From assembly GCA_963744845.1 (NCBI GenBank), contig CAVUVE010000012.1, forward strand, positions 403,507-467,506: 64,000 bases of DNA. Direction: 5' to 3'. Source of the stretch: an uncultured Solirubrobacteraceae bacterium. Lineage in GTDB: Bacteria; Actinomycetota; Thermoleophilia; Solirubrobacterales; Solirubrobacteraceae. Shown in pieces: positions 37,022-46,834 of the stretch (its first letter is position 1; the number at the start of each line of letters is the position of its first letter). The notes below the pieces were generated by a model, which ran no database searches, was not told the origin of the DNA, and worked only from the letters and a program-made list of their open reading frames with translations. The position numbers and the translations under genes are program-made.

Positions 37022-40000
37022 CTACGTCACGCCGGGGATCTGCAGTTCGGAGATCGCGAGGTTGCCGGTAGTGGGGTCATAGGGCGAGCTGCTCGTCATA
37101 TCGAGCTTGAGCTTGGTCGTCGTCACCGGGCTGAAGGTGATCGTCGACGGCACGTTCGACGCGCCGGCGAACGTCACGTGCTGGTTGCTGACAGGCGCCC
37201 AGGCGGTGCCGGTCCAGTACGAGACGGTCACCGCGGCGGGAAGCTGATCGTAGGCATCGACCACGAACGAGGCCTGCACGGATCCGACCTGCTTCGCCGG
37301 CGCCCAGCTGACGCTCACCCAATCCTCCGGCCGCGCGTTGCTCACCCCGTTCAGGGTCTGCGTCGCCACCTTGGTGTACCGGTTCGACCAGTAGGTGGAC
37401 GGGTCACCGTCGAGCATCGCTGCCGGCAGCGTCGTGCTCACGCCGAAGTCCGAACCGTAGTCGGAGAACACGCCACCGGTGAAGCTCGCGTCGGCCGCCG
37501 GCGGCAGGGAGCTGGGCGGCGGGGTGGCGGGGCTGCGGGGCAACAGCACCGATGACGCCGCCGGACCGCCCGTCGGGTGGCTCGTCGCGCGCAGCGTGAG
37601 CTCGGCTCCGCGCAGGCCCGGCGAGGTGACCTGGACATGGATCGGTCCGGGTCGCGTGCTCGACTGGACGATCGCCAGCATCAGGCCGTTGAACGCCTGG
37701 TGGGTGGTGGACGTGTATCCCTCGGCGTCGTCCTGCTTGCCATTGTCGGCACCCTGGAAGGTGCCCGCGCCGTCGACTGAGACGTGCATCGTGTTATCGG
37801 CGTCTGGAACCTGGACGCCGTGGGAGTCGAGAACGTGGACCGTGACGTAGGACAACGATTTGCCATCGGCGAGCAGGGACGTCCTGTCGGTCGTGAGCTT
37901 GAGCGCGTCGGCGGGCCCCGCGGTGTCGACCTCGTCGCGGGCGACGACGGTCCCGTTAGCGTCGCGGGCGACCGCCACCAGGCGCCCCGGCGCAAAGGGC
38001 ACGTTCCAGGTCAGATGCAGCTTGCCCGAGCTTCCGTTCGGGCTCTGATAGCTGTCCGGGCACGCCCCGCCGGTGTCATTCTTGTCATCTCCGGGGCACT
38101 CGGTCGTCTCCAGATACGGGTGCCCCGACGTCGTCGTCTTGCGCGTGAAGGATCTCGTGCCGAGCGAGACGCCGTTGAGAAACAGTTCAACGTTCGGCTC
38201 GTTGGCGTAGGCCCATACGGCAACGCTCTTCCCCGGCTTGTGGTCGGTCCAATTCATCGGCACGATGTGAACCATCGGAGCCGGATTCCATTGGGACTTG
38301 AAGAGGTAGTACTGGTCCTTCGGGAAGCCGGCGGTGTCCTCGAGGCCGAAGAACGAGGTCTTCACCGGGAAGTTCGTGTACGGCGTCGGCTCGCCGATGT
38401 AGTCCCATCCCGACCAGACGAACTGGCCGGCGAAGAATGGCCGGTCGCGGTCGACCTTGAGGCTGTAATCACCGCTCAGCGTCCAATCGTCGAGATTGTT
38501 GTCATACGACGAGAGCTCCTCCCGGCCCGGGGTGAAGTTCTGACCGGTGTTGAGCAGCTTCGGATCCTGGTAGTAGCCACGAGTCGAGGTCTCCGAGGAG
38601 GACTCCGAGGCGAAGAAGAACTTCGTCGGGTACTGGGCATGAAGGCCATCGATCGCGCCGGCGGTGTCGTAGTTGACGCCAAGGCCGTCGAGGTTGCGCA
38701 GCATCTGGTCGGCGACTGACCCCGGCGCGGGCACGCTGCGGTACTTGTCAGAGCCGGCGACGATCGGTCGCGTGGTGTCAACCGAGCGGATGTCGGCGAT
38801 CAGCCGTTGCTCGATCGGGAGAGCCTGTGGCTGCGTCCAATCCGGAATCTCGTTGCCGATCGACCACATGATCACCGCCGGGGAGTTCTTGGCCTCGTTG
38901 ACCATCTCCTTGATGTCGTAGTCGCTCCACTGATTGAAGTACTGGTGGTAGTCGGCGCTGACCTTGCCGACGTCCCACGCGTCGAAGGCCTCCACCATCA
39001 TCACGATCCCAAGTCGCTGGCAGATGTCGATCAACTCCGGCGACGGCGGGTTGTGCGACGTGCGAAATGCGTTGACGCCCATTGCCTTCAGCGCACTCAT
39101 CTGCCGCCACATCGCGTCGTAGTTGTCGACCGAGCCGAGCGCTCCCTCGTCGTTGTGGAGGTCGACGCCCTGGAGCTTGAGATACTGGCCGTTGAGGAAA
39201 ACGCCGCGGTTGGAGTCGAACACCAGCCAGCGCACCCCGAAGGTGACGAGGCTCGAGTCCATCGGACGTCGGCCGCGAACGACCTCGGTTCGGAGGCTGT
39301 ACTGGTAGGGGTTCGTCGTCGACCACAACGTGGGGTGAGCGAGACGGAGGTCGCTGGCGGCGGTGGCGCCGTCCGGCCCGACGGTGATCGGTCCCGAGCT
39401 TCCGTCCGCCATGACCCGACCGCCGGCGCCGAGGATCTGGTAGCGCAGCCTGACCCGCTCGGCCGACCCGCCGTCGTTGGCGAGATTGGTCGCGACGTGA
39501 ACGTTCGCGTAGTCCGACCGGATCGTCGTCGCGAGGTTCGGCGTGGTGACGGTCGTGCCCCATCGCGCGACATGGATGGGTCTGACGACGGTCAGGTGGA
39601 CGTGTCGCGTGATGCCGCTGCCCGAGTACCAGCGGCTGCTCGGCTCGAGGTTCTGGACGACGACGGCGACGACGTTCGGGGTGTGGCCGTCGGTGTGGAC
39701 GAACCGGGTGATGTCGTAGCTGTAACCGGTGTAGCCATACGGGTGATTGCCGACGAGCTGGCCGTTGACGTAGACGTAAGAGTTCTCGAACACGCCGTCG
39801 AAGTCGATCGAGATCTGCCGGCCCGTCATCCAGCGCGGGAGCGTGAACGCCTTGCGGTACCACCCCAGGCCACCCGGAAAAAAGCCGGTCGCGTTCGTCT
39901 GATCGGGCTGGGGATTGAGGGTGATGCTCCAGTCGTGCGGAAGCGCCAGCTGCGGCCACGACGCATCCGGAAAACTCGGCGCCGCCGCCTTGGGATCGGA

Positions 40001-40255
40001 CGAGTTGCCGTAGACGCCGGTCGGGTCGCTCGTGTTCTCGGTGTTGACGAGCTTGAAGCGCCAGCCCTGGTCGAAGTTGAGGGTTCGTGCGCCCTGGTTG
40101 AGGACGCCGAGGTTGGGGTCGCCGCTGCCCGTCCCCCAACCGACCGGTCCGACGTCGCTGACCGTCGCCGCACCGGCGCCGGGCGCTCCGACAGCCATGG
40201 CCGCGACGACGACCGCCACCGTCGAGACGACGTGCCGCATCGAACCCACTCCCAT
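37022..40255 (-). CDS. secreted glycoside hydrolase family 2 with C-terminal F5/8 type C (discoidin) domain
   Basis: ATG at 40255 preceded by GGAGG, with a signal peptide. It has a GH2 sugar-binding region and TIM barrel (NAFRTSHNPP, WSIGNEIP) and a C-terminal LDGDPSTYWSNRY discoidin-type module. Confidence 0.88.
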   Translation of the reverse strand: MGVGSMRHVVSTVAVVVAAMAVGAPGAGAATVSDVGPVGWGTGSGDPNLGVLNQGARTLNFDQGWRFKLVNTENTSDPTGVYGNSSDPKAAAPSFPDASWPQLALPHDWSITLNPQPDQTNATGFFPGGLGWYRKAFTLPRWMTGRQISIDFDGVFENSYVYVNGQLVGNHPYGYTGYSYDITRFVHTDGHTPNVVAVVVQNLEPSSRWYSGSGITRHVHLTVVRPIHVARWGTTVTTPNLATTIRSDYANVHVATNLANDGGSAERVRLRYQILGAGGRVMADGSSGPITVGPDGATAASDLRLAHPTLWSTTNPYQYSLRTEVVRGRRPMDSSLVTFGVRWLVFDSNRGVFLNGQYLKLQGVDLHNDEGALGSVDNYDAMWRQMSALKAMGVNAFRTSHNPPSPELIDICQRLGIVMMVEAFDAWDVGKVSADYHQYFNQWSDYDIKEMVNEAKNSPAVIMWSIGNEIPDWTQPQALPIEQRLIADIRSVDTTRPIVAGSDKYRSVPAPGSVADQMLRNLDGLGVNYDTAGAIDGLHAQYPTKFFFASESSSETSTRGYYQDPKLLNTGQNFTPGREELSSYDNNLDDWTLSGDYSLKVDRDRPFFAGQFVWSGWDYIGEPTPYTNFPVKTSFFGLEDTAGFPKDQYYLFKSQWNPAPMVHIVPMNWTDHKPGKSVAVWAYANEPNVELFLNGVSLGTRSFTRKTTTSGHPYLETTECPGDDKNDTGGACPDSYQSPNGSSGKLHLTWNVPFAPGRLVAVARDANGTVVARDEVDTAGPADALKLTTDRTSLLADGKSLSYVTVHVLDSHGVQVPDADNTMHVSVDGAGTFQGADNGKQDDAEGYTSTTHQAFNGLMLAIVQSSTRPGPIHVQVTSPGLRGAELTLRATSHPTGGPAASSVLLPRSPATPPPSSLPPAADASFTGGVFSDYGSDFGVSTTLPAAMLDGDPSTYWSNRYTKVATQTLNGVSNARPEDWVSVSWAPAKQVGSVQASFVVDAYDQLPAAVTVSYWTGTAWAPVSNQHVTFAGASNVPSTITFSPVTTTKLKLDMTSSSPYDPTTGNLAISELQIPGVT

Positions 40256-40376
40256 GCCTCTGCCTCCCTCTCGATCTCCTCCGACGATCGTCACAGTTAC
40301 CACCACGGGTTCGTCACAAACATAAATGTGAGCGCTCACAAATCCCGGCCGGAACGTCCCAACCCCGGTGCTCGCC

Positions 40377-42077
40377 TCACGGGACCGGTTGCGTTCGATC
40401 GAGCAGCGCCGGCAGCGGTCTGGTGTTGAGAACATGGGCCGGCGTCGCCCAGCCTCTGCGGGCCGTGGCGACCGAGAATCTCATGTTCTCGAGCCCGCGC
40501 GTCGAGTGCGCGTCGGTCGAGCAGACGATCTGCACGCCGGCGCGCAGCGCGTCGCGGACGTGCTCGCCTCCCAGGTCAAGGCGGTTGGGAAGGCCGTTGA
40601 CCTCCAGCGCGACGCGTTCCTCGAGCGCGACTTCGAACACCCGCTCCAGGTCGAGAGCGTTCTCTGGGCGACGGTTGATGTAGCGCCCGGTCGGATGGCT
40701 GAGGCACCGCACGCTCGGGTTGCGCAGCGCTTCCTCGACGCGCTTGGTCATCTCCGGACGCGGCATCCGCTGCCCGCCGTGGACGCTTACCTGCACCCAG
40801 TCGAGCTCGGCGAGGACATCGTCGGGAAGGTCGAGCCGCCCGTCCGGAAGGATGTCGCACTCAATCCCGCGCAAGACGCGAAACGGCGCCAGCAGCTCAT
40901 TGGCAGCAGCGATCTCCTCGGCCTGGCGGTGCACATCGTCCGGCGACAGTCCGCGGACGGCCCCCACGGCCGGCGTGTGATCGCAGATCGCGAGGTAGTC
41001 GAGGCCGCGCTGGAGAGCGGCCCGGGCCATCTCCTCGACGCTCGCCCGGCCGTCCGACCGCGTCGTGTGGCAGTGCAGGTCGCCACGGATGTCGTGCGCG
41101 GCGACGAGCGGCGGCGGCTCGCCGCGGAACGGCTCCTCGCGGAGCTCCGGCGGGCACCAGGGCAGACCCAAGCGGCGATAGACCGCCTCCTCGTCGGGGG
41201 CCTCCGGCAGCGGCTCGAGCGCCGCCACGTACGAGGTTGAGCCCGTCGCGCGAAGCAGCGCGGCGCCAAAGCGGTCGGGCTCGACGGCGAGGAGCTCGAT
41301 CGGCACGCCCTCGACCGTCACGCCCACCGCGCGCCCCTGGTCGCGCTCGATCAGCGCCACGATCTGGGGCAGGGACGCAAATCGCGCCAGCACTGGCTCG
41401 GGATCCGCCGCTGCGCAGACGACGGCCAGCCGCTCGCAGGAGTCACGCCAGCGGCGGACGTCCCCCGCCGCCACCCCGCCGAGCGCGGCCGCGATCCCTC
41501 CGACGAGCTCCCAGCCCCGGCTGAGCAGAAGTCCCCGCTGCGGTCGCGGGTCGCCCTCGCGGGCGAGCGCCTCGAGCAGCCGCGTCTCGGTCTTCGGTCC
41601 GATGCCCGGCACGGTCCGCAGCCGGCCCTCCGCCGCCGCCTGGCGAACCTCGTCGGCGGTGCGCACACCGAGCGACCGCGCGAGCTCGATCGAGCGCTTC
41701 GTGCTCAGCCCGAGATAGCGGCCGAGGCCGACGAGATCGGGGGAGACTTCACGCTCGAGCTCAGCCAGCTCCGCGATCTCGCCCGTGTCGATCAGCTCGC
41801 GCAGCCGCGCTTCGATTCCGGCACCGATCCCTCGCAGCTCTCGCACGCGCCCGGAGCCCACAAGCTCGGTGACGGGCACGGCGGCGACCCGAATCGTCTC
41901 GGCGGCGCGGCGGTAGGCACGGGCCATGTACGGGTTCGCCTCAACGAGCTCCAGCAGCGACGCGAACGCATCGAGCCGGTCGGCGATCTCAGGATTCTCC
42001 ACCGGCGGTAGTTTCCTCTGCAGCGACGCCGGCCCCCCGGGCACACGCTCTCCCCACGGCCCCGGCGCCGCGGTCAC
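40377..42077 (-). CDS. polX: family X DNA polymerase with C-terminal PHP 3'-5' exonuclease domain
   Basis: N-terminal HhH/polymerase-beta-like part (NPYMARAYRRAAETI, GIGAGIEARL) and a PHP domain (GDLHCHTTRSDG...AICDHT...STDAH). Confidence 0.9.
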   Translation of the reverse strand: MTAAPGPWGERVPGGPASLQRKLPPVENPEIADRLDAFASLLELVEANPYMARAYRRAAETIRVAAVPVTELVGSGRVRELRGIGAGIEARLRELIDTGEIAELAELEREVSPDLVGLGRYLGLSTKRSIELARSLGVRTADEVRQAAAEGRLRTVPGIGPKTETRLLEALAREGDPRPQRGLLLSRGWELVGGIAAALGGVAAGDVRRWRDSCERLAVVCAAADPEPVLARFASLPQIVALIERDQGRAVGVTVEGVPIELLAVEPDRFGAALLRATGSTSYVAALEPLPEAPDEEAVYRRLGLPWCPPELREEPFRGEPPPLVAAHDIRGDLHCHTTRSDGRASVEEMARAALQRGLDYLAICDHTPAVGAVRGLSPDDVHRQAEEIAAANELLAPFRVLRGIECDILPDGRLDLPDDVLAELDWVQVSVHGGQRMPRPEMTKRVEEALRNPSVRCLSHPTGRYINRRPENALDLERVFEVALEERVALEVNGLPNRLDLGGEHVRDALRAGVQIVCSTDAHSTRGLENMRFSVATARRGWATPAHVLNTRPLPALLDRTQPVP

Positions 42078-42177
42078 GTCGTCGCCGTAAGAGGTTTCTC
42101 ATTGATGTCGAGCGGTCGCTGGGTAGCCCAGGGGCGATGCTTCTTGCTCTCAGCCATCTCCCCCCACCTCCGCGATC

Positions 42178-42816
42178 ATGACCACCGGACACGCTGACCA
42201 CGCGACCTTCGCACCACGCGACGCCCCCGCCGACGACCGTCGGCTTCCGTCGCCGTCATCAGGCTGGACGGGCACGGGAGTGCGACTCCTGTTCGGCGTC
42301 ATCTGGGGCATCGACGCCTACCTGAAATGGCTGCCCGGGTATCGCCACGACTACATCGACAACCTCAAGCAGACCGCCCAAGGTCAGCCGTCGTGGCTTC
42401 ATGGGTGGTTTCACTTCTGGATCAACCTGCAGTCGGGCGCGCCGTCGCTGTTCGCGACGCTGACCGGGCTGATGGAAACGACCCTCGCGCTCGTCCTCCT
42501 GCTCGGCATCGCCCGACGGGCCGGCTACGCGGTCGGCGCCGTGTACTCGCTGCTCGTGTGGGCGGTGGGCGAAGGCTTCGGCGGCCCGTACATGTCCGGC
42601 TCGACCGATGTCGGGACCGGCATCGTCTACACCATGATGTTCATCGCCCTCCTCGTCTTCTCGCCTCCGGCCCGCCGCGAGCGGCTGAGCCTCGACCGCC
42701 TGCTGATCGGGCGGTGGCGCTGGTGGCGCCTCGTCGCTGAACCGCATGCCGTCGACCGCGTTCACGGCGCCCCGCTCGTCGAACCGGTCGTCGTGGGCGA
42801 GGTCCGCCACGACTGA
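42178..42816 (+). CDS. integral membrane protein (DoxX-like topology)
   Basis: 212 aa with 4 hydrophobic helices. The family assignment is tentative. Confidence 0.65.
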   Translation: MTTGHADHATFAPRDAPADDRRLPSPSSGWTGTGVRLLFGVIWGIDAYLKWLPGYRHDYIDNLKQTAQGQPSWLHGWFHFWINLQSGAPSLFATLTGLMETTLALVLLLGIARRAGYAVGAVYSLLVWAVGEGFGGPYMSGSTDVGTGIVYTMMFIALLVFSPPARRERLSLDRLLIGRWRWWRLVAEPHAVDRVHGAPLVEPVVVGEVRHD

Positions 42817-42837
42817 GCCGTTACGCTCGCGCAGTGG

Positions 42838-43850
42838 CTACCGAGCGAGGCCGGGTGCCCGCAGCTGCGCGACGAGGGCGTCCGGCGTGAGCGGTCGGGC
42901 GAACAGGTAGCCCTGGGCGGCGTCGCAGCCGAGGGTGTCGCTGCGAAGGTGGCGCAGGTGGGCGAGGGTCGAGTATCCGGTTCCCAGTCCTCGAGGGCGA
43001 TTCTCACCAGTTCAGGGTCACGCAGCTTGCGCCAGAGAGGTTGACCCCGATCTTGAAGCCATCCGGGCAGTCTCCGGTGCTCGTCCAGGCGGCGAGCTGC
43101 CGGCACGCGTCGTCGAGGACGAACGTCCCGATGGCCGTGATCAGCCCGCGCTGCTCGGCGACTGGGATGAACTCGGCAGGCGCGATCACGCCGCGCGTGG
43201 GGTGTCGCCAGCGCACGAGCGCCTCGGCACCCACCATCGAACCGTCGGACAGGTCGATCACCGGCTGATAGAGCACGAACAGCTGTGAGCTCTCGATCGC
43301 GAGGCGCAGTTCCGAGGCCACGCCTCGGCTCGAGTCGCCGGACCTGCGCAGCGCGGCCGTGTATCGCTCCAGGCGGTTGCCGCCGTTTCGCTTCGCCGCC
43401 TGCATCGATGTCGGCTTGTTGGAGGAGCTCCTCTGGCTCCGCCGACACTCCCGACGTGATCACAGCGCCGACGCTGCCGGTGACCGTCAGGTCCCGCGGG
43501 CCATCCTGCAGGGGGGCGCAGATCGCTCGCATCGCTCGATCGCAGATCAGGGCGAGGTCCTCATCCTCGCGCAGTGCCGGACACAGCAACACGAACTCGT
43601 CACCGCCGAGACGAGCGACGGTATCGCCCCGCCGTGAACCGCGGGTGAGGCGATGGCCGACCTCGCGCAGCACGCCGCCAGCCAGCCGGAGCTCACCAGC
43701 AGAAACCGGCTCTCGCGGTCCTTGACGAAGATGCGCTCCTCCGAGCTGGCCAATAGGTTGCGCATGCAGATGCGCTCGATCTCCTCGCGTGAGGAGAGCA
43801 GGCCGGACAACGCCGGCGGTGATGTCGCGACACGTCGCGCAGCCAACTGA
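42838..43850 (-). pseudogene. decayed PAS-GGDEF-EAL signalling protein gene
   Basis: Domain pieces are spread over three frames. The PAS-like piece is ERIFVKDRESRFLLVS. The GGDEF core is GDTVARLGGDEFVLL. The GGDEF end plus EAL start is AMQAAKRNGGNR...LFVLYQPVIDL...GAEALVRW. The EAL tail is GTGYSTLAHLRHL...LGCDAAQGYLFARPL, with about 80 aa missing. Confidence 0.6.
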
Positions 43851-44469
43851 AGGACTCAGTCGCTGAGCGAGCGATCGACGGCTCGGGCGACCTGCTCGCG
43901 TGTGCGGGCGTCGACGGCACTCGTCATGGCCACCCGCCAGCGTTCCGGACTCGCCGGTGAGCGGACGAGTCCGAGGTCGGCGAGCAGGCGCGGCCTGGTC
44001 GACGTGGACGGCGATCTCTTCGGCCCGGCGCTGGGCGGCAATATGTTGCGCGCGGGCCAGCGGCGTGCGCCCGGGGTCGCCGGCGCGGCTGATCAGGTCC
44101 TCGGCGACGAGCGGCACGGCTCGCCGCGCGCATTTCTCCCACGGCGCGTCGGCGTCTGAGTCGACGATGACTTGGCGGACGATTCGCCAGCCGGCGTGGC
44201 GAGAGTCGCAGCGGGCGACGAGAAATCGCGCGAGCGCCTCGGCCACCGGCACGGCTTCAGGCTCACATCCGTGCCCGTCCAGATGCCGGAGGGCGGCGCC
44301 GACGCCACGACCGTCGTCGACCGCTCGGGCGAGCTGGCGGGCCGTGCGGCGCGGCTGGTGTGACGAATCCTCGATCGGTCTACCGTACTCGCCGCCACCG
44401 AGTGGAGTACGCGGGTGGCCTAATCGGCCTGGGTTCCGGCACCGCGGAGCTGTGCCTCTGGGACGGCCG

Positions 44470-45267
44470 CTAGCACTCGGTCGGCGAGCCCGGAGACTGG
44501 TCGGTCCCGGCGGCGTGACCCGTCGTGCGAGCGCGGATGATGGCGTCCAGCTGGGCTCCGAACAGGAACACGATGGTCGATACGTAGAGGTAGGCCGTCG
44601 CGACGATGACCGCGGCGAGGCTCCCGAAGACGGATTCATAGGAGGCGATATCCGTCAGATAGAAGTAGAACGCAAAGGACACGACCACCCACGAGGCGAT
44701 CACGATTCCCGCACCGAGACTGACCCACGGCATCGTCTGCTCACACGCCGGGGCGTGACGCACGAGCAGTCCGACCACGACGAACAGGATCGCCGTCGCC
44801 AGAGTCCAGCGGATCGTCAGTCCGGCCAGATCCAAGAGCAATCCCGAATGCAACGTCCAGAAGAAGGGCGCGAACAAAAGGCATGCCGCGGTGAGGGTGA
44901 AGCACACCCCCAACTCGATCGAGAGCACGAACGAGATCGAGAATCGCTTGACGAATGGTCGGCGCACCGGTGACTCGTAGATCCGCCCCAGCGCTCCCAT
45001 CACCGCCCTCACGGCCCCGGAGATCTGCCACAACGCCAGGCCGCCGCCCAGCGTCGCCCACAGGATCCGCCGGCCGGTGAGGACTTTGGTGACCGCGCTC
45101 TGGATCACCGCGAAGAGCGACGGGGAGACATTCGCTCTGACCTGCGGCTCGAGATGGTCGCGCCAGATCCCGTTCGGGTCAAACAGTCCCGTGACGGCCA
45201 GGACGAACAGGAGAAAGGGAATGATCGCAGTGACGATCTGAAACGAGATCGCGCTGGCGTACGTCAA
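44470..45267 (-). CDS. YihY/BrkB-family membrane protein
   Basis: YASAISFQIVTAIIPFLLF and the following 6 TM helices. Conserved N-terminal sequence continues upstream of the listed TTG start (see finding). Confidence 0.8.
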   Translation of the reverse strand: MTYASAISFQIVTAIIPFLLFVLAVTGLFDPNGIWRDHLEPQVRANVSPSLFAVIQSAVTKVLTGRRILWATLGGGLALWQISGAVRAVMGALGRIYESPVRRPFVKRFSISFVLSIELGVCFTLTAACLLFAPFFWTLHSGLLLDLAGLTIRWTLATAILFVVVGLLVRHAPACEQTMPWVSLGAGIVIASWVVVSFAFYFYLTDIASYESVFGSLAAVIVATAYLYVSTIVFLFGAQLDAIIRARTTGHAAGTDQSPGSPTEC

Positions 45268-45601
45268 CAGATCGTGGTCTTCAAAGCCACGGACGAGATC
45301 GCGCCCGAGCGTCCGGGCGCGTTCTCCCAGACGGGAGACATCACCGGTCGGTGAAGCCGATTCGCCTGCCGCCGGGGGACCTGCTGCGATGCTGGGTGAC
45401 CTCTCCGTGGTCTCACCTTATCTATCGGCTGCGGACGATGCTCGTTTTCTTGGCATATTGCCGCCGCGATCCCGGGTACGGGTGCCGGAAGAGCGGCGGG
45501 AGCGACCGGCCTGGGGCCGCCGCCCGCGGCGCGCCTCGGCGCGGTACAAGGGGACGCGGAGCGGGTAGCCAACTCGCCACCCACGAAGGAGGAGAACCCG
45601 C

Positions 45602-45904
45602 ATGGCAAAGAACAAGCTCGAGCAAGACCTGGTCGCGCGATTGCGAGCCACTGGAATCAAGAAGCGCTCGGCGGAGCTGATCGCCAACGCGACGGACGGT
45701 CGGCGCAAGCCCGCCAAGCAGGTCCGGCGGGTCGTCGACGATCTGAGCAAGCTCCTCAGCGACGCCGAAGATCGAGTCACCGGTGGGCCGGCGAAGCGCA
45801 AGGCGGCAGCCAAGAAGGCGGCGCGGACCCGGCAGCGCAACGCGGCGAAGCGAAGCGAGGCTGCCAAGAAGGGCGCGCGCACGCGGGCCAAGTCGGCCCG
45901 CTGA
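45602..45904 (+). CDS. small highly basic protein with AKKA-rich (histone H1-like) tail
   Basis: 100 aa. The ATG is preceded by GGAGGAGAA. The C-terminus is KRKAAAKKAARTRQRNAAKRSEAAKKGARTRAKSAR. Confidence 0.65.
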   Translation: MAKNKLEQDLVARLRATGIKKRSAELIANATDGRRKPAKQVRRVVDDLSKLLSDAEDRVTGGPAKRKAAAKKAARTRQRNAAKRSEAAKKGARTRAKSAR

Positions 45905-45921
45905 CCGACGCGGCGGACGCT

Positions 45922-46824
45922 CTAGGGCAGGCCGGCGCGCGGCACCTCGACGGTCGTGGTCAGCAGTACCGCCTCGGCGGCGGCGGCACGCGCCTGCTCG
46001 TCGAAGTCCGGCGCAGCGCAGGCGATGAGCGTGCGGCCATCCTCACCGCCGAGGCCGCACGCGAACACGCCGAGGCCGTCGGGCATTGCGACCTCGTCGA
46101 CGATCCGTCCGCCGGGAGCGACGCGGCAGACCGCCGCGCCGAGCGCGTTGGCGGCCCAGACGTGGCCCTCGGCGTCCAGCGCACAGCCATCGGGAGCGAA
46201 GCTCACCGCCGAGAGCATCGTCTCCGTCTCGCCCGGCTCGGGCGACGGCTGCACCTGAGCCCACACGCGCCGGTCGCCCAGCGAACCATCGGGCTGGATG
46301 TCGAAGGCGGTGAGCCGGGCGGCGAACGTCTCGGCGACGATCAGCGTCCCGTCGTCGGTGATCACCATCCCGTTGGGAAACCACAGATCCGACGCGACGA
46401 CGGTGGCGGCGCCGTCGGGGTCGATGCGTACGAGGCTGGCCGGAGCGGGCCGGCCGCCGCCCATCAGGTCAAAGCCGAAATTCCCCACGAATGCCCGGCC
46501 CTCCGTGTCAACGATCAAGTCGTTGAGGTGACCGGTCGTCAGCTCAGACAGCTGCGCGTGCGTGCTGACCCCGCCGTCGGCGCCGCGGCGCAGCACCCGG
46601 CGGTCCTTCATCGACACCACGAGCAGGTCGCCGTCCGGCAGCCAGCCGAGCCCCGACGGTTGGGCGTCGACCTCGACGACTAGCCGCTCGCTCCCCTCGG
46701 GATCGTAGGTGTACACGGCGTGACGGTAGAAGTCCGAGACCCACCAGCGGTCCTCATGCCACCGCGGACATTCGAAATAGTTACCACCCTCAGCCAGCGG
46801 GGTCAGCGTTCGAGCGCTCGTCAT
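45922..46824 (-). CDS. SMP-30/gluconolactonase/LRE-family beta-propeller protein
   Basis: FECPRWHEDRWWVSD, GLGWLPDG, NDLIVD and FPNGMVITDDG repeats. Confidence 0.85.
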   Translation of the reverse strand: MTSARTLTPLAEGGNYFECPRWHEDRWWVSDFYRHAVYTYDPEGSERLVVEVDAQPSGLGWLPDGDLLVVSMKDRRVLRRGADGGVSTHAQLSELTTGHLNDLIVDTEGRAFVGNFGFDLMGGGRPAPASLVRIDPDGAATVVASDLWFPNGMVITDDGTLIVAETFAARLTAFDIQPDGSLGDRRVWAQVQPSPEPGETETMLSAVSFAPDGCALDAEGHVWAANALGAAVCRVAPGGRIVDEVAMPDGLGVFACGLGGEDGRTLIACAAPDFDEQARAAAAEAVLLTTTVEVPRAGLP

Positions 46825-46834
46825 ACCCGTGCCC

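Noticed and set aside
38807-40429. 540-aa plus-strand and 453-aa minus-strand alternative-frame ORFs inside the GH2 gene.
   Set aside because: The GH2 frame carries the diagnostic motifs. The alternatives are Arg/Asp/Val-rich with no domain.
42762-44639. A 625-aa minus-strand ORF.
   Set aside because: Only short islands of it (the GGDEF core) look like real protein. The rest is Arg/Pro/Ser-rich. It is better explained as a frame running through a frameshifted GGDEF-EAL pseudogene and overlapping the ends of neighbouring genes.
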